Shown: positions 1-9,238, numbered from the stretch's first letter. The stretch: 28,047 nucleotides of DNA from Nitrospirota bacterium (GCA_040758355.1 JBFLWF010000029.1:1-28047); one strand, 5' to 3'. A program made the numbers and translations. The notes: generated by a model from the sequence alone, not told the origin.

Positions 1-61
1 TCCGGACTGCTTCATCCTTAAACTGCTTGTCATACTTCCTCCGTCCATTTCCTTCTTGCAT
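1..61 (-). CDS. IS3-family transposase OrfA, N-terminal fragment (partial)
   Basis: ATG at 61 gives MQEGNGRRKYDKQFKDEAVR..., matching the RRxYxxxFKxEAV start of IS3 OrfA HTH proteins. Not in the ORF track. Confidence 0.8.
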   Translation of the reverse strand, partial: MQEGNGRRKYDKQFKDEAVR

Positions 62-127
62 TTGACACCTCCCATGGTTATATTGTACCTAACCTTTCGG
101 TGTGTCCGTAATACCGGGGGACGTGCA
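1..127 (-). mobile_element. IS3-family insertion sequence, left end (truncated by window edge)
   Basis: The minus strand from 127 reads TGCACGTCCCCCGGTATTACGGACAC, a TG-starting IS3-type terminal IR. It is followed by SD GGAGGTG and an OrfA-like start. Confidence 0.8.
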
Positions 128-298
128 GATCTACATCATCCAATCGGGGATGGGAGTTTTGATTTCAACACCTTGTTCTCCGAATTAAAAAACAATAATT
201 GTATTTATACAATCGAGGCACATACGCCGGAACGGGTGTTAAAAAGCATAGAAAAGTTAAAGGAATATTCACAGGTATTTCAGTTGATTCCTGAATGA
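128..298 (+). pseudogene. 3' remnant of a sugar phosphate isomerase/epimerase (xylose isomerase-like TIM barrel) gene interrupted by the IS3 element
   Basis: DLHHPIGDGSFDF...YTIEAH matches the C-terminal (HLHDN)xxxxDxHxPxGxGxxDF...xxE motif. The similarity starts exactly at the IS boundary (128). Confidence 0.7.
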
Positions 299-1393
299 AA
301 ATCCTCTTAATCTCGGCTCGTCTTTCCCCTTATACTGAATCATCACTTTATGCGATTCGCCCATGCCCTGAGGCAGGATCAATCCCTTGATCTTAGCTAC
401 ATCAAAAACATCAGGCGAATCTCCATAAAGCTCCTTTATTATCTCATCAATTCCCAGCGATACGAGATAAGTGCCTTGAGGACAGAAACCTATGGTTTTT
501 AAACCCAACTCATCTCCCCATTTTTTAAGAGACGAAAAATTCACATGGGCAGTCAAATCCTGTTCTCCTATGTTCTGATATGGATTTTCATTTATCTGGT
601 GATGATAATAACAGAGCAAAGTTCCTCTATTCCTATCTTCACTGTAATAATCCTGCGCAGGATAACCATAGTCTATTGTCAAAATAAAACCTTCGAAGAG
701 TTTATTGCTGACCTCACTCAGCCAATCCTTAATTTTCAGATTAACCTCGGTTTTGTAACCTTCTGGCAGCTCAATGCCGAATTCATTGAGGTATTTTTTA
801 ACTTCAGCACTGCACGGCATTTTCACTTCGACTAAATCATCTCCGTCTATAGATACATAAATTTCCTTCAGCCCGTTATCGGGGTTATTTGACACCTCAA
901 TGAGCCTGACAGGAAAGGCATCCAATAGTTCATTGGACAAAAAACAGCCTGTAATGGGTTTTAGTTCGCTTATATGAGAGACCCATTTAACTTTATCCGA
1001 AAATTCTGAAAGCAGTTCCTGTTGTTTTGCTCTTACTTTTGGATTTATCTCGACTATTGTATATTTAAGATGCTTAAATATCTCTTTTTCTTCTAAATAT
1101 TCCAGCATGTCCTTTGCCAGATAGCCCATGCCGGCTCCCATTTCAACGATATGAAAAATCTCGGGCCTTCCGATGGCTGTCCACATCTCCTCCATCTGCC
1201 TGCCTATCATTGCGCCGAATATGGAATGGAGATGAGGGCTTGTATAGAAATCCCCTGTCCTGCCTATCTTTGTGGAATCCTTTGTGTAATAGCCAAGCCC
1301 GGGATAATAAAGGGCCATTTCCATGAAGGTTTCGAAATTGATGGGACCTTCTGATTTTATTCTTTCGATAATTTTTTCTTTAAGAGGAGACAC
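269..1393 (-). CDS. SAM-dependent methyltransferase, MidA/NDUFAF7 family
   Basis: Motifs FMEMALYYPGLGYY, GDFYTSP, VEMGAGMG, SNELLDAFP, IDYG and QDLTAHVNF. GTG start overlaps the nadA stop. Confidence 0.93.
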   Translation of the reverse strand: MSPLKEKIIERIKSEGPINFETFMEMALYYPGLGYYTKDSTKIGRTGDFYTSPHLHSIFGAMIGRQMEEMWTAIGRPEIFHIVEMGAGMGYLAKDMLEYLEEKEIFKHLKYTIVEINPKVRAKQQELLSEFSDKVKWVSHISELKPITGCFLSNELLDAFPVRLIEVSNNPDNGLKEIYVSIDGDDLVEVKMPCSAEVKKYLNEFGIELPEGYKTEVNLKIKDWLSEVSNKLFEGFILTIDYGYPAQDYYSEDRNRGTLLCYYHHQINENPYQNIGEQDLTAHVNFSSLKKWGDELGLKTIGFCPQGTYLVSLGIDEIIKELYGDSPDVFDVAKIKGLILPQGMGESHKVMIQYKGKDEPRLRGFSFRNQLKYL

Positions 1394-2379
1394 TACTTTA
1401 TTTCAAGCATCCTGTCCAATGCCTTTTTGGCGGGAATCCTTATCTCTTCAGGAACCTTTATCACATTCTTCATCTCTTTCAGTGCAGACAGAACGCTATT
1501 AAGCGTAGTCTTTTTCATATTAGGGCAAATCATATCTTTCCTCAGTGGATAAAATATTTTGTCGGGATTCTCCTTCTTCAATCTGTGCATAAGCCCGGTC
1601 TCTGTGCCAACAATAAATTCCTTTGCATCAGACGATTTTGCAAACCTGAGCATCCCCGATGTGCTCGTTACATGGTCTGCAAGTTCAAGAACCTCATGCC
1701 TGCATTCGGGATGCGCCATAAAAACAGCGTTTGGATATTCCTCTCTTGCCTTTAAAACATCTTTTTTCGTAATTCTGTCATGGACATGGCAGAAGCCGTC
1801 CCATGCGATTATTTGTTTTTTCGTATTCTTTTGTGCCCACATGGAAAGATTCCTGTCGGGTATGCATATCACTCTTTCATCGGCCAGGGATTCTATCACC
1901 TTCACAACATTGGCGGATGTGCAGCATATATCGCTTTCTGCCTTTACATCGGCAGTTGTATTTACGTAAGCAACAACAGGCACTCCCGGATATTTTGCCT
2001 TTATATCCCTAAGGGTAAATTCATGGGGGAATGCAAATGTCGGCTGGGTCTCATATCCAGGAAATGTCTTCCAGACCTTTCTCGGAGAACTTACCTGAAT
2101 CATGTCTGCCATAGGACACCCTGCTTCCAGTTCAGGTAAAAGTACAGTCTTGTTGGGAGAAAGTATGGAGGCGCTTTCTGCCATAAAATGGACTCCACAG
2201 AAAACTATAACATCGCAGTCTATCTCTGCTGCAGTCCTTGACAGCTCGAGAGAGTCACCTATAAAATCGGCAATATCCTGAACCTCATCCCTCTGATAAT
2301 TATGGGAGAGGATTATGGCATTTTTTTCTTCTTTTAACTTTAAAATATCTTCTCTTATTGCTTCGATCTCTTTCGACAC
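1393..2379 (-). CDS. nadA: Quinolinate synthase
   Basis: HNYQ, GDSLELS, FCGVHFMAE, GCPMADM, YVNT, CHVH, HPEC and CPNMK motifs, including the three Fe-S cysteines. Confidence 0.97.
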   Translation of the reverse strand: MSKEIEAIREDILKLKEEKNAIILSHNYQRDEVQDIADFIGDSLELSRTAAEIDCDVIVFCGVHFMAESASILSPNKTVLLPELEAGCPMADMIQVSSPRKVWKTFPGYETQPTFAFPHEFTLRDIKAKYPGVPVVAYVNTTADVKAESDICCTSANVVKVIESLADERVICIPDRNLSMWAQKNTKKQIIAWDGFCHVHDRITKKDVLKAREEYPNAVFMAHPECRHEVLELADHVTSTSGMLRFAKSSDAKEFIVGTETGLMHRLKKENPDKIFYPLRKDMICPNMKKTTLNSVLSALKEMKNVIKVPEEIRIPAKKALDRMLEIK

Positions 2380-3102
2380 TTAGAATCCCTGTTCTCCATA
2401 TGAATTGGCAAGATATGCATTTGTAAAAAGCACTGTGCCGTCTTTTAATACCATTTTTTGAATTCTGGGGTCTCTTTTTATTTCTTGGCTTTTTATTTCC
2501 GGAAAGTCTATATTCACTGCTGATCCATTGCCTCTGGAGTAGTAATTTATAACCCGTTTAACATATGTAATAGTTTCAGGAATAGGCGGTACGCTTTTTA
2601 TTCTCTCCACCAGCTTTGGCCCTGCATTGTACGCAGCAAGAGCAAGGGTGAGATTTCCATTGAACTTCTGAAGCAAATATTTAAGATAACGTATTCCACC
2701 ATCTATGTTAGCCTCTGGATTAAAGGGATTGCTGACACCCATAATAGAAGCAGTTGAAGGCATCAATTGCATAAGACCCTGTGCCCCTTTTGGAGAGACA
2801 GCATTAGGATTCCAGTTAGATTCAGCCTTTATTACAGCCTTTACAAGCTGCGGGTCGATATTATGCCGCCTCGCTTTTTCTTCTGCCACGTCATGAAACC
2901 TTTCACTACCGACATATATCCTGGTATATTCTTTATTTGGCTTCTGATAAGATTTTTTCTCTTTCATTACAACACTGCCATTTTTTTCTATCGGCGTATT
3001 GGTGAAATATATTGTCCCATCATCTGATATATATTTATAAATATCAGCATGGGATTCCAAATCCGAAAATAACACAAGCATTATGACTAATAGAGCAACC
3101 AT
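2380..3102 (-). CDS. Lytic transglycosylase (SLT domain) with signal peptide and N-terminal DUF4124-like segment
   Basis: AVIKAES (catalytic Glu), AVSPKGAQGLMQLMP, LALAAYNAGP and ETITYV. N-terminus reads ADIYKYISDDGTIYFTN. Confidence 0.92.
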   Translation of the reverse strand: MVALLVIMLVLFSDLESHADIYKYISDDGTIYFTNTPIEKNGSVVMKEKKSYQKPNKEYTRIYVGSERFHDVAEEKARRHNIDPQLVKAVIKAESNWNPNAVSPKGAQGLMQLMPSTASIMGVSNPFNPEANIDGGIRYLKYLLQKFNGNLTLALAAYNAGPKLVERIKSVPPIPETITYVKRVINYYSRGNGSAVNIDFPEIKSQEIKRDPRIQKMVLKDGTVLFTNAYLANSYGEQGF

Positions 3103-3110
3103 TTGTTCAA

Positions 3111-3140
3111 ATCATACCATGCAAATATGTCTTCATTCAA
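3111..3140 (-). promoter_or_regulatory. Putative sigma70 promoter of the lytic transglycosylase gene (near-leaderless)
   Basis: TTGAAT-N18-TATGAT with an extended -10 TG, 8 nt before the ATG. No SD is present. Confidence 0.5.
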
Positions 3141-3158
3141 GCATTTTCAGCCTTTATC

Positions 3159-3188
3159 TTGACAAAAATATGCCGTTTTGGTTTTAAT
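3159..3188 (+). promoter_or_regulatory. Putative sigma70 promoter of tRNA-Val
   Basis: TTGACA-N18-TTTAAT, 17 nt upstream of the tRNA. Confidence 0.55.
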
Positions 3189-3205
3189 GAATATCTTAAT
3201 TATGT

Positions 3206-3280
3206 AGGCGCGTAGCTCAGTGGGAGAGCGCTACCTTGACACGGTAGAGGTCAGGGGTTCGATACCCCTCGTGCCTACCA
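3206..3280 (+). tRNA. tRNA-Val (anticodon GAC)
   Basis: Acceptor stem AGGCGCG/CGTGCCT, D arm TAGCTCAGTGGGAGAGC, anticodon arm CTACC-TTGACAC-GGTAG, T arm AGGGG-TTCGATA-CCCCT, encoded CCA. Confidence 0.97.
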
Positions 3281-3294
3281 ATAAATTCTGAAAC

Positions 3295-4071
3295 CTATTC
3301 AACTATAACCTCAAAAGTTTTCGTTGTCTTAACTCCATCTATATCGGTAGCTGATGCCCTGAACTTGTATATTCTTTTCTCTTTCTCTTTCGGCTTCCAT
3401 GTTATTTTTCCTGTTTCTTTATTAATTGTAATTCCTTCCGGGTACGGTTCTTCAAGAGAGAAAGTCACTTTATCATTGTCTGGATCTTTACTTACGAGTT
3501 GTAGTTCGATTGTATTATTCAGCTTCTGCTTTGTCTCCCTCAATTCCAAAGATGGCGGAGCGCTATGAACAACAATGAACATACCCTCATACGGATAGCC
3601 TTCGATATCGTCTGCGTAGGGGGTTGCTATGACACTGATTTGGTCTTTTTTCTTAAACAGGCCCGCTGACAATGTATCTCCCTTAACACCATCTACTGTC
3701 TTTCCATTGATCTTCCATTGATACATGCAGGTAATCCTGCCGTCTTCCTTGTAACTACTCGTTACCTCAGCTTTTATATCGTCAAAAATAGTAGGTTGTT
3801 CAGGGATGAACTTTATGGACTTAATTATAGGACGCTCTATATCGTCCCTGCTTTTTTGCCCAGGCAGTTTTCCTGTAATATCTCTTTTTTCCACTTCGAA
3901 AGGAGATAATGGTTTTTCTATTAATTTATCGCCTTCTATTTTTTTACCTGACCGAGATAAAAGAATTAAAGATAGAACAATAAAGATACCCGTTACAGCA
4001 AAAATAATATAAGCATTCCATGGTATTTGCTGTTTCTTCTTTACAATTTTCTTTGTCTTTATTGTTTTCAA
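3295..4071 (-). CDS. Membrane-anchored protein with Ig-like/cadherin-like (He_PIG-type) domains, last gene of the pilus cassette
   Basis: One N-terminal TM helix, then YQWKING and DPDNDKVTFSL...GITINKETGKITWKP...ATDIDG, a typical Ig-like repeat. TTG start lies 5 nt after pilY1. Confidence 0.7.
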   Translation of the reverse strand: MKTIKTKKIVKKKQQIPWNAYIIFAVTGIFIVLSLILLSRSGKKIEGDKLIEKPLSPFEVEKRDITGKLPGQKSRDDIERPIIKSIKFIPEQPTIFDDIKAEVTSSYKEDGRITCMYQWKINGKTVDGVKGDTLSAGLFKKKDQISVIATPYADDIEGYPYEGMFIVVHSAPPSLELRETKQKLNNTIELQLVSKDPDNDKVTFSLEEPYPEGITINKETGKITWKPKEKEKRIYKFRASATDIDGVKTTKTFEVIVE

Positions 4072-4076
4072 TAATC

Positions 4077-7052
4077 CTACTGAACTCTTCTATCCTTCCA
4101 GTAAAGAATATTAGTCCTGTTCGAGAGCGTTGGAGGATTAAAGTTCACCCTTGTGGTACTTGCATCCTGTCCTGCACCGCCGCTGACAGTGACATAGAGG
4201 TCTACAGGCAATCCGCCTCCTGGCTTTAGCGATATTATTGGTGCCGATGCAATACCGACGCCGATGTCTATACTCCTTGCACCCCCTTCAAGCACACCGG
4301 TACAATTCTGGTAGTTTATTGCATATAACCTTGAGATCCCTGCCTGTTCACAGGCACTGGCGCTTGTAGAAGGGACATATGTTGTAAAATATACAACTCC
4401 TCCAAAAATTGTAATGTCGGACAATGCCTTTTCCCTGCCTGTAAAGTTTATATACCAGCCATTATCAGTTTCGCTGTTACATTGCTGCACGGCAGATGTT
4501 ACATTATTCAAATTACTAAGGGTATACGTTGTAGTGCGGTCATTGTCCTTAATTCCCAGTACCTTTTCATTTGTGCTCGGAGCAGTTGGGTCTGTTTTAT
4601 CACCTGTTGCCCAGTAAACCCACAAATTGCCGCTTGCATCTTTAGCTACAGTTGCAGAGCTATAAACAGGCCTTAATCCTTCTCCTCCACCTGATGCATT
4701 ATATAGCAATCCCCCGCTCCAATTGGTTGTGCTGCATGAAGAACCCTGTCCCGATGTGCAGAATTTAAATCTCCACATATTGCCGCCCAGATCCCCGACG
4801 TATGCAGTATCAATAAAACCGTCGTTGTCAGTGTCAACAATGGCAGGATGTGCAGGTATGCTGTATGCCATGGTTGTGTTATCAGCCCTTGTATAACTCC
4901 ATAAAATATTTCCATTGCTCAGGTCTACCACATAAAATCCTTTTCCCCTCGTATCGCAGCTTCCTCCGCCGGCACAATCAGCAGTATTATATCCTCCTCC
5001 TATAAAACCGACCCACTTCTCGTTGCCGCTGATCTTCACCCTTCCGACAACCATTCTGCTCCAAGGGTCTCCAAGATAAGGGGCATTGGAAGACGTGGGA
5101 TTTATGCGCCATTTATATACAGGGCTGGTTGTACTGGTAAAGTCAAAGGCATAATAGCCGCAGTAATAACTATATGTTGAAGAATATGTCGAGCTAAAGC
5201 CTGAATCACATGAAGATGATGAACTCCAAAGAGTTGTACCAGCGCCTCTGCCTTCAGAAAAAATAACAAGCGTTTTCCAGTCAGATGCAGACTTTGTTGT
5301 ACCGCTGCCAGAGCCGAGCCACACATCAACAGCAGTTACAGGACCATCAACAAAATACTGATGACTAAGCCCTGTGGGGTGTGTTGAATGTGCAATGTTT
5401 TTAAGCTTGGATAAGAGGTTTGGCGGAATAAAACTCCAGTATTCAGAGCCGTTAGATGTCTTGAATGCATGGAACTGCCCGTCATTAGCGCCTGTTACTA
5501 TTACCCTTAGGTTATTTGCCGATGTCCTTTGATTATTTGATCTAAATGTAGAAAAGGCATTATTTGTATCGAGCACATCGCTGAAATAAGCCGAAGGCGT
5601 TCCGATCGTTATCGGATTGGAACGGAATATATCGCCCAATTTCCAGTTGTCTGGATTATATGCAGATTCGCCACGGATATATCCAACAACAGCATCCCTT
5701 TCAGCAGTTGTTGTAACACCTAAGTCTGCTGCGGTAATGTTTGTTGTATTAAAGTCAATTAGCGAACCTGCCTTGTAGGTCTTAATATTTCTGCTCGATG
5801 CTGCTGTCGTCTGTAAAACCGTGCCTGCATCCCATACCATGCTTCCAACAGTGCCGTCAGCATTTACATTATACTTCTTCAAATGTCCGAGCCAGAAGGG
5901 TTCATTATTTACAGGCTGGAATGATGCCTCGTAGATATAGTTTTCATCAGTAATCCTTGACGATGAAACTGATGCCGCTGAAAATGAATAGTTCGCCTCC
6001 CTTATGATGTTAAGAGCCTGCTTAAGTGCAGTGGAGAGGTCAGTGGCATTGGCTGCAAGGAACGCATACCCAGAGAGTGCTGCGCTTGCGCTGCCAGGGT
6101 CATTGGATGAACCTTCGTTGCAAGGGTCTGAAGAAGGGGTAATAGCACTTGTATCCCCTGAATTTGCAACAAGGGGATTATCTGTCCCCCCATAATAAGC
6201 AGCCCAGTTAAGGGTTCTTTCAAGGGTATCAGGCATTGCTGAACCAAAACCAACCACAAAAACTTTATAGCCCGCGTCTGCCAATTGTTTTGCCCTCATT
6301 ACAACCGACTTTCTCTTTTTGTAGTCAGACGTTCCAGTGTTATCGCATGCCATCGTATCCTCACCATCTGTAACAAGTATGACAAACTTCTTTCGGCATG
6401 CTGAATTATTGTCTTGAGTCTTATGATAGTCAAGATAGAGTTTTGCCTCATACAGTGCAGCAGCATCAGGGGTATAGCCTGATGCACTTTCTCCACTCAC
6501 TGATGACCAGATAGTGCTGTAATTAGGGCTGTATGCGGCGTCTCCTATTTCCTTGTTAGTGGTGTTTAATGCCCGTATTATTGTATTGCAGCCACTGCTG
6601 TAATTGTAGACAGGGCTTGACCCCTTTTCAGCACTTGTAGTCCTTGAACAATTGTAAAACCTCATATATCCTATTCTTATCTTAAGGCTGCTTTCATCCG
6701 AGGTATCTATATTGGCAGTATCGATAGTTCCATCATTATTACTATCAATGCAGCCGTTATTGTTATCATCAAGCACATCACAGATCGCCCTTTTTGCAAT
6801 AGCGATTTTACTGCATCTAAAAGTGTGACCTGAGCCGGAGGAACTATAAAAAGGTCCTGCACATGAAGAATCCCCCCATATATCATTTTCATCAGCAGGA
6901 TTGTCGGTCATACTGCCTGATAAATCCAAGACTATTAATGCATCAGGATTTACAGATGTAGTTATGAGGGCTGTTTCATCAGAATATACGTTGGATATAA
7001 GAATAAAACAGAGCGCCATAAAACCTAATAGAATTTTCTTTATATTGAACAT
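4077..7052 (-). CDS. pilY1: Type IV pilus tip adhesin PilY1/PilC (vWA domain plus beta-propeller)
   Basis: Signal peptide, vWA MIDAS DLSGSM and VILVTDG, and PilC-type motifs WLGHLKKY, LGDIFRSNP, GANDGQFHAF, YFVDG and DTDNDGFIDTAYVGDLGGNMWRF. Confidence 0.93.
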   Translation of the reverse strand: MFNIKKILLGFMALCFILISNVYSDETALITTSVNPDALIVLDLSGSMTDNPADENDIWGDSSCAGPFYSSSGSGHTFRCSKIAIAKRAICDVLDDNNNGCIDSNNDGTIDTANIDTSDESSLKIRIGYMRFYNCSRTTSAEKGSSPVYNYSSGCNTIIRALNTTNKEIGDAAYSPNYSTIWSSVSGESASGYTPDAAALYEAKLYLDYHKTQDNNSACRKKFVILVTDGEDTMACDNTGTSDYKKRKSVVMRAKQLADAGYKVFVVGFGSAMPDTLERTLNWAAYYGGTDNPLVANSGDTSAITPSSDPCNEGSSNDPGSASAALSGYAFLAANATDLSTALKQALNIIREANYSFSAASVSSSRITDENYIYEASFQPVNNEPFWLGHLKKYNVNADGTVGSMVWDAGTVLQTTAASSRNIKTYKAGSLIDFNTTNITAADLGVTTTAERDAVVGYIRGESAYNPDNWKLGDIFRSNPITIGTPSAYFSDVLDTNNAFSTFRSNNQRTSANNLRVIVTGANDGQFHAFKTSNGSEYWSFIPPNLLSKLKNIAHSTHPTGLSHQYFVDGPVTAVDVWLGSGSGTTKSASDWKTLVIFSEGRGAGTTLWSSSSSCDSGFSSTYSSTYSYYCGYYAFDFTSTTSPVYKWRINPTSSNAPYLGDPWSRMVVGRVKISGNEKWVGFIGGGYNTADCAGGGSCDTRGKGFYVVDLSNGNILWSYTRADNTTMAYSIPAHPAIVDTDNDGFIDTAYVGDLGGNMWRFKFCTSGQGSSCSTTNWSGGLLYNASGGGEGLRPVYSSATVAKDASGNLWVYWATGDKTDPTAPSTNEKVLGIKDNDRTTTYTLSNLNNVTSAVQQCNSETDNGWYINFTGREKALSDITIFGGVVYFTTYVPSTSASACEQAGISRLYAINYQNCTGVLEGGARSIDIGVGIASAPIISLKPGGGLPVDLYVTVSGGAGQDASTTRVNFNPPTLSNRTNILYWKDRRVQ

Positions 7053-7065
7053 AATGTTTTACCTC

Positions 7066-7533
7066 CTATCTATATGCTGTCGTTATCTCAATCGGCCCGT
7101 ATCCAACACCTACATCTACAGTAACGCTGCTTGCATATCTTGTGTTTGTTCCTGTCACGCTTGCATTATACCTTGCCTGCCCCCACTGCTGACCTCCTCC
7201 TATGGCATAGCCTGGCAAAGGTAATGGCGGAAGACCGCTGGAGCCGAGGCTGCTGACAGTATAGCGGGAATCAGGGTCTGTAGCAGGATCAACCTGAATA
7301 TTTGTGACAACACCAGCGGCAAGATCATCAGGATTAAAGTTTTGAATTGTCCTGTGAATACCTGCCTCGGCAGCAGAAAACGCCTTTTTCTCACCCGTGA
7401 CTCTCGTGCTTACCCTGATGTCCTGCGTTGTTATAGTAAAAACAAGCACTCCAACTGCTGTAATTATTAAGATAGCAAGGAGTGCTGCAATAAGGGCAAA
7501 ACCCTTTTTGTTCTTTACTTTTAATTTCTTCAT
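7066..7533 (-). CDS. pilX: PilX-like minor pilin
   Basis: KKG|FALIAALL prepilin site lacking Glu5 (typical of PilX) and AFSAAEAGI. Start chosen at ATG 7533 after GAGG rather than 7566. Confidence 0.85.
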   Translation of the reverse strand: MKKLKVKNKKGFALIAALLAILIITAVGVLVFTITTQDIRVSTRVTGEKKAFSAAEAGIHRTIQNFNPDDLAAGVVTNIQVDPATDPDSRYTVSSLGSSGLPPLPLPGYAIGGGQQWGQARYNASVTGTNTRYASSVTVDVGVGYGPIEITTAYR

Positions 7534-7549
7534 AATCGACCTCAAATGT

Positions 7550-8269
7550 TTATTGACTGATTGCATGGTTTCTCGGTATAACGCTTGTTGAATAAATCAT
7601 CCTTCTCCTCTGCCCTGTATTTGGGTCTATTTTATCCGTTTCCACTGCAATGGTTATTTCTATTCTTCTTATATCAGGGACATTTGCAGTTGCAGTGCCT
7701 GCTCCGTTGTAATACCTGAACATAGGAATGCCGAGCGTACTATTAATAACCCTTACAGTTCTTAGAGTGTTATTATTATCGCATCTGCCATCACCATTTG
7801 CATCAGTACAGCCTAAAAACTCAAAGGCATTTCCACAATTTGTTGAACGGGTAATTCTCTGGTTTGCTGTATCATAGACATAGCTTATTATCTCATTAGA
7901 GTTATCGCATATACTTCCGCTTTCGCCTATATCCATCTCCAATGTTATTGTATTTGCAGTAGCATCACGAATACCTTTGTCTGTATCTGCCCCTGCAGAT
8001 ACACAGTTGGTAGTACACCCAACAGGGTTACGCCATATAGTATTCAAGGCAACTGTTGGATTATAAGATGCCATTCCTATTTCCAATGCCATAAGCTCAA
8101 GCACAGCCCTTGCATCCTGCTGTGCAGTGGTTTTTGCCTCAATTGCAACAGATGACCTCTGCCCTGACTGCACCGCAACATAAATCGCTCCCATCAATAG
8201 GAGTCCTATAGTAATGGCGAATAAAATCTCTACGAGGGTAAATCCCTTTATATTGCCTGCTCTCTTCAT
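7550..8269 (-). CDS. pilW: PilW-like minor pilin
   Basis: KG|FTLVEIL prepilin motif, QQDARAVLELMALEIGMA helix, C-terminal VIPRN, and position in the cassette. Confidence 0.82.
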   Translation of the reverse strand: MKRAGNIKGFTLVEILFAITIGLLLMGAIYVAVQSGQRSSVAIEAKTTAQQDARAVLELMALEIGMASYNPTVALNTIWRNPVGCTTNCVSAGADTDKGIRDATANTITLEMDIGESGSICDNSNEIISYVYDTANQRITRSTNCGNAFEFLGCTDANGDGRCDNNNTLRTVRVINSTLGIPMFRYYNGAGTATANVPDIRRIEITIAVETDKIDPNTGQRRRMIYSTSVIPRNHAISQ

Positions 8270-8288
8270 ATTGCTTTATCCATGCCTG

Positions 8289-8744
8289 TCAGTATGTAAT
8301 CGCTACCGAGCCGTCAGTACATCCCGAAGGAAATCTGAACGGCTCCTGCCTTGTAACAATAATACTTTCCGAAATACCTGTAGTATTCAATGGCCATGTC
8401 ACCCGTACAGTCACCCGCCAGACATTAGTGCCAATCGATGTAATAGTTGGCGTAACAGTATAAGTTGCATCTCCGGATTGCAAACTTCCCATTCCGCTCA
8501 CAATGACATTTCTGGCCGGACCTGCATTAACAGCATTGCACGGGTTCATTATTAATGACTCTATAGTTTCAAGCTCTTCATGCAATACCCCTGCTGCCCT
8601 GCCAAGATAATCAGACCTGGCTGATAATAACCATCCCTGCGGCTGCATGGAGATAAGCGCCATAACGCCAATCATGGTCAGAAATAGTGCTATAAGCACT
8701 TCTATCATGCTCAGGCCTTTTTTATTGCAAATTAAATTGAACAC
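8289..8744 (-). CDS. pilV: PilV-like minor pilin
   Basis: KG|LSMIEVLIAL prepilin motif and VTVRVTW. Lies between fimT and pilW. Confidence 0.8.
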   Translation of the reverse strand: MFNLICNKKGLSMIEVLIALFLTMIGVMALISMQPQGWLLSARSDYLGRAAGVLHEELETIESLIMNPCNAVNAGPARNVIVSGMGSLQSGDATYTVTPTITSIGTNVWRVTVRVTWPLNTTGISESIIVTRQEPFRFPSGCTDGSVAITY

Positions 8745-9210
8745 TTGTTCTTCCTGTAATGTTTGTTGTTATGGTAGCTGTAGAATTTCTGCCATTGGTA
8801 AGCGCAACGTTTCCTGCCTCAGTAGTTCCCCTTGTCTGTAAATTGATAGTTGAGTTAGCTCCAAATGCTGCATTTGTAATCCTGATGTCATTTCCAAAAG
8901 TTGTAGGGGTCTTCATTTGAATGACAGAATATCCTGCTGTGCAAGAAGACCCTGTATTGTTGCACTGCTCAATCGTATAGGTATTTGCCGGATCAATATT
9001 AAAAGCTATTCTATACATCCTGTTTTCAGCTATAGCCCTTTCCTTATAAAGAAAAACATCCCCCATGATGTCCCTTGCTGCACTTTTCAGCCTTGAGTTA
9101 GTAGCATACCTCTGTAGTTGCGGTATGGCAATTGCTGCCACAACGGCAATTATTCCAATTGTTACCAAAAGCTCAACGAGTGAAAAGCCTTTTTGTCCGA
9201 TGTGTTTCAT
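8722..9210 (-). CDS. FimT/FimU (GspH-like) minor pilin
   Basis: KG|FSLVELLVTIGIIAVVAAIAIP, RLKSAARDIMGD...AIAENR and C-terminal TGR. Confidence 0.85.
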   Translation of the reverse strand: MKHIGQKGFSLVELLVTIGIIAVVAAIAIPQLQRYATNSRLKSAARDIMGDVFLYKERAIAENRMYRIAFNIDPANTYTIEQCNNTGSSCTAGYSVIQMKTPTTFGNDIRITNAAFGANSTINLQTRGTTEAGNVALTNGRNSTATITTNITGRTSVQFNLQ

Positions 9211-9222
9211 AAAATCAATTAT

Positions 9223-9238
9223 AGCAATTAAAATGCCA
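9223..9238 (-). promoter_or_regulatory. sigma54 (-24/-12) promoter of the minor-pilin operon
   Basis: The minus strand reads TGGCAT-TTTAA-TTGCT versus the consensus TGGCAC-N5-TTGCW. It is adjacent to a sigma54 activator gene. Confidence 0.8.

Noticed and set aside
56..298. 80-aa ORF as a real gene
   Set aside because: Its first 24 codons are the antisense IS3 end. Only 128-298 is gene-derived.
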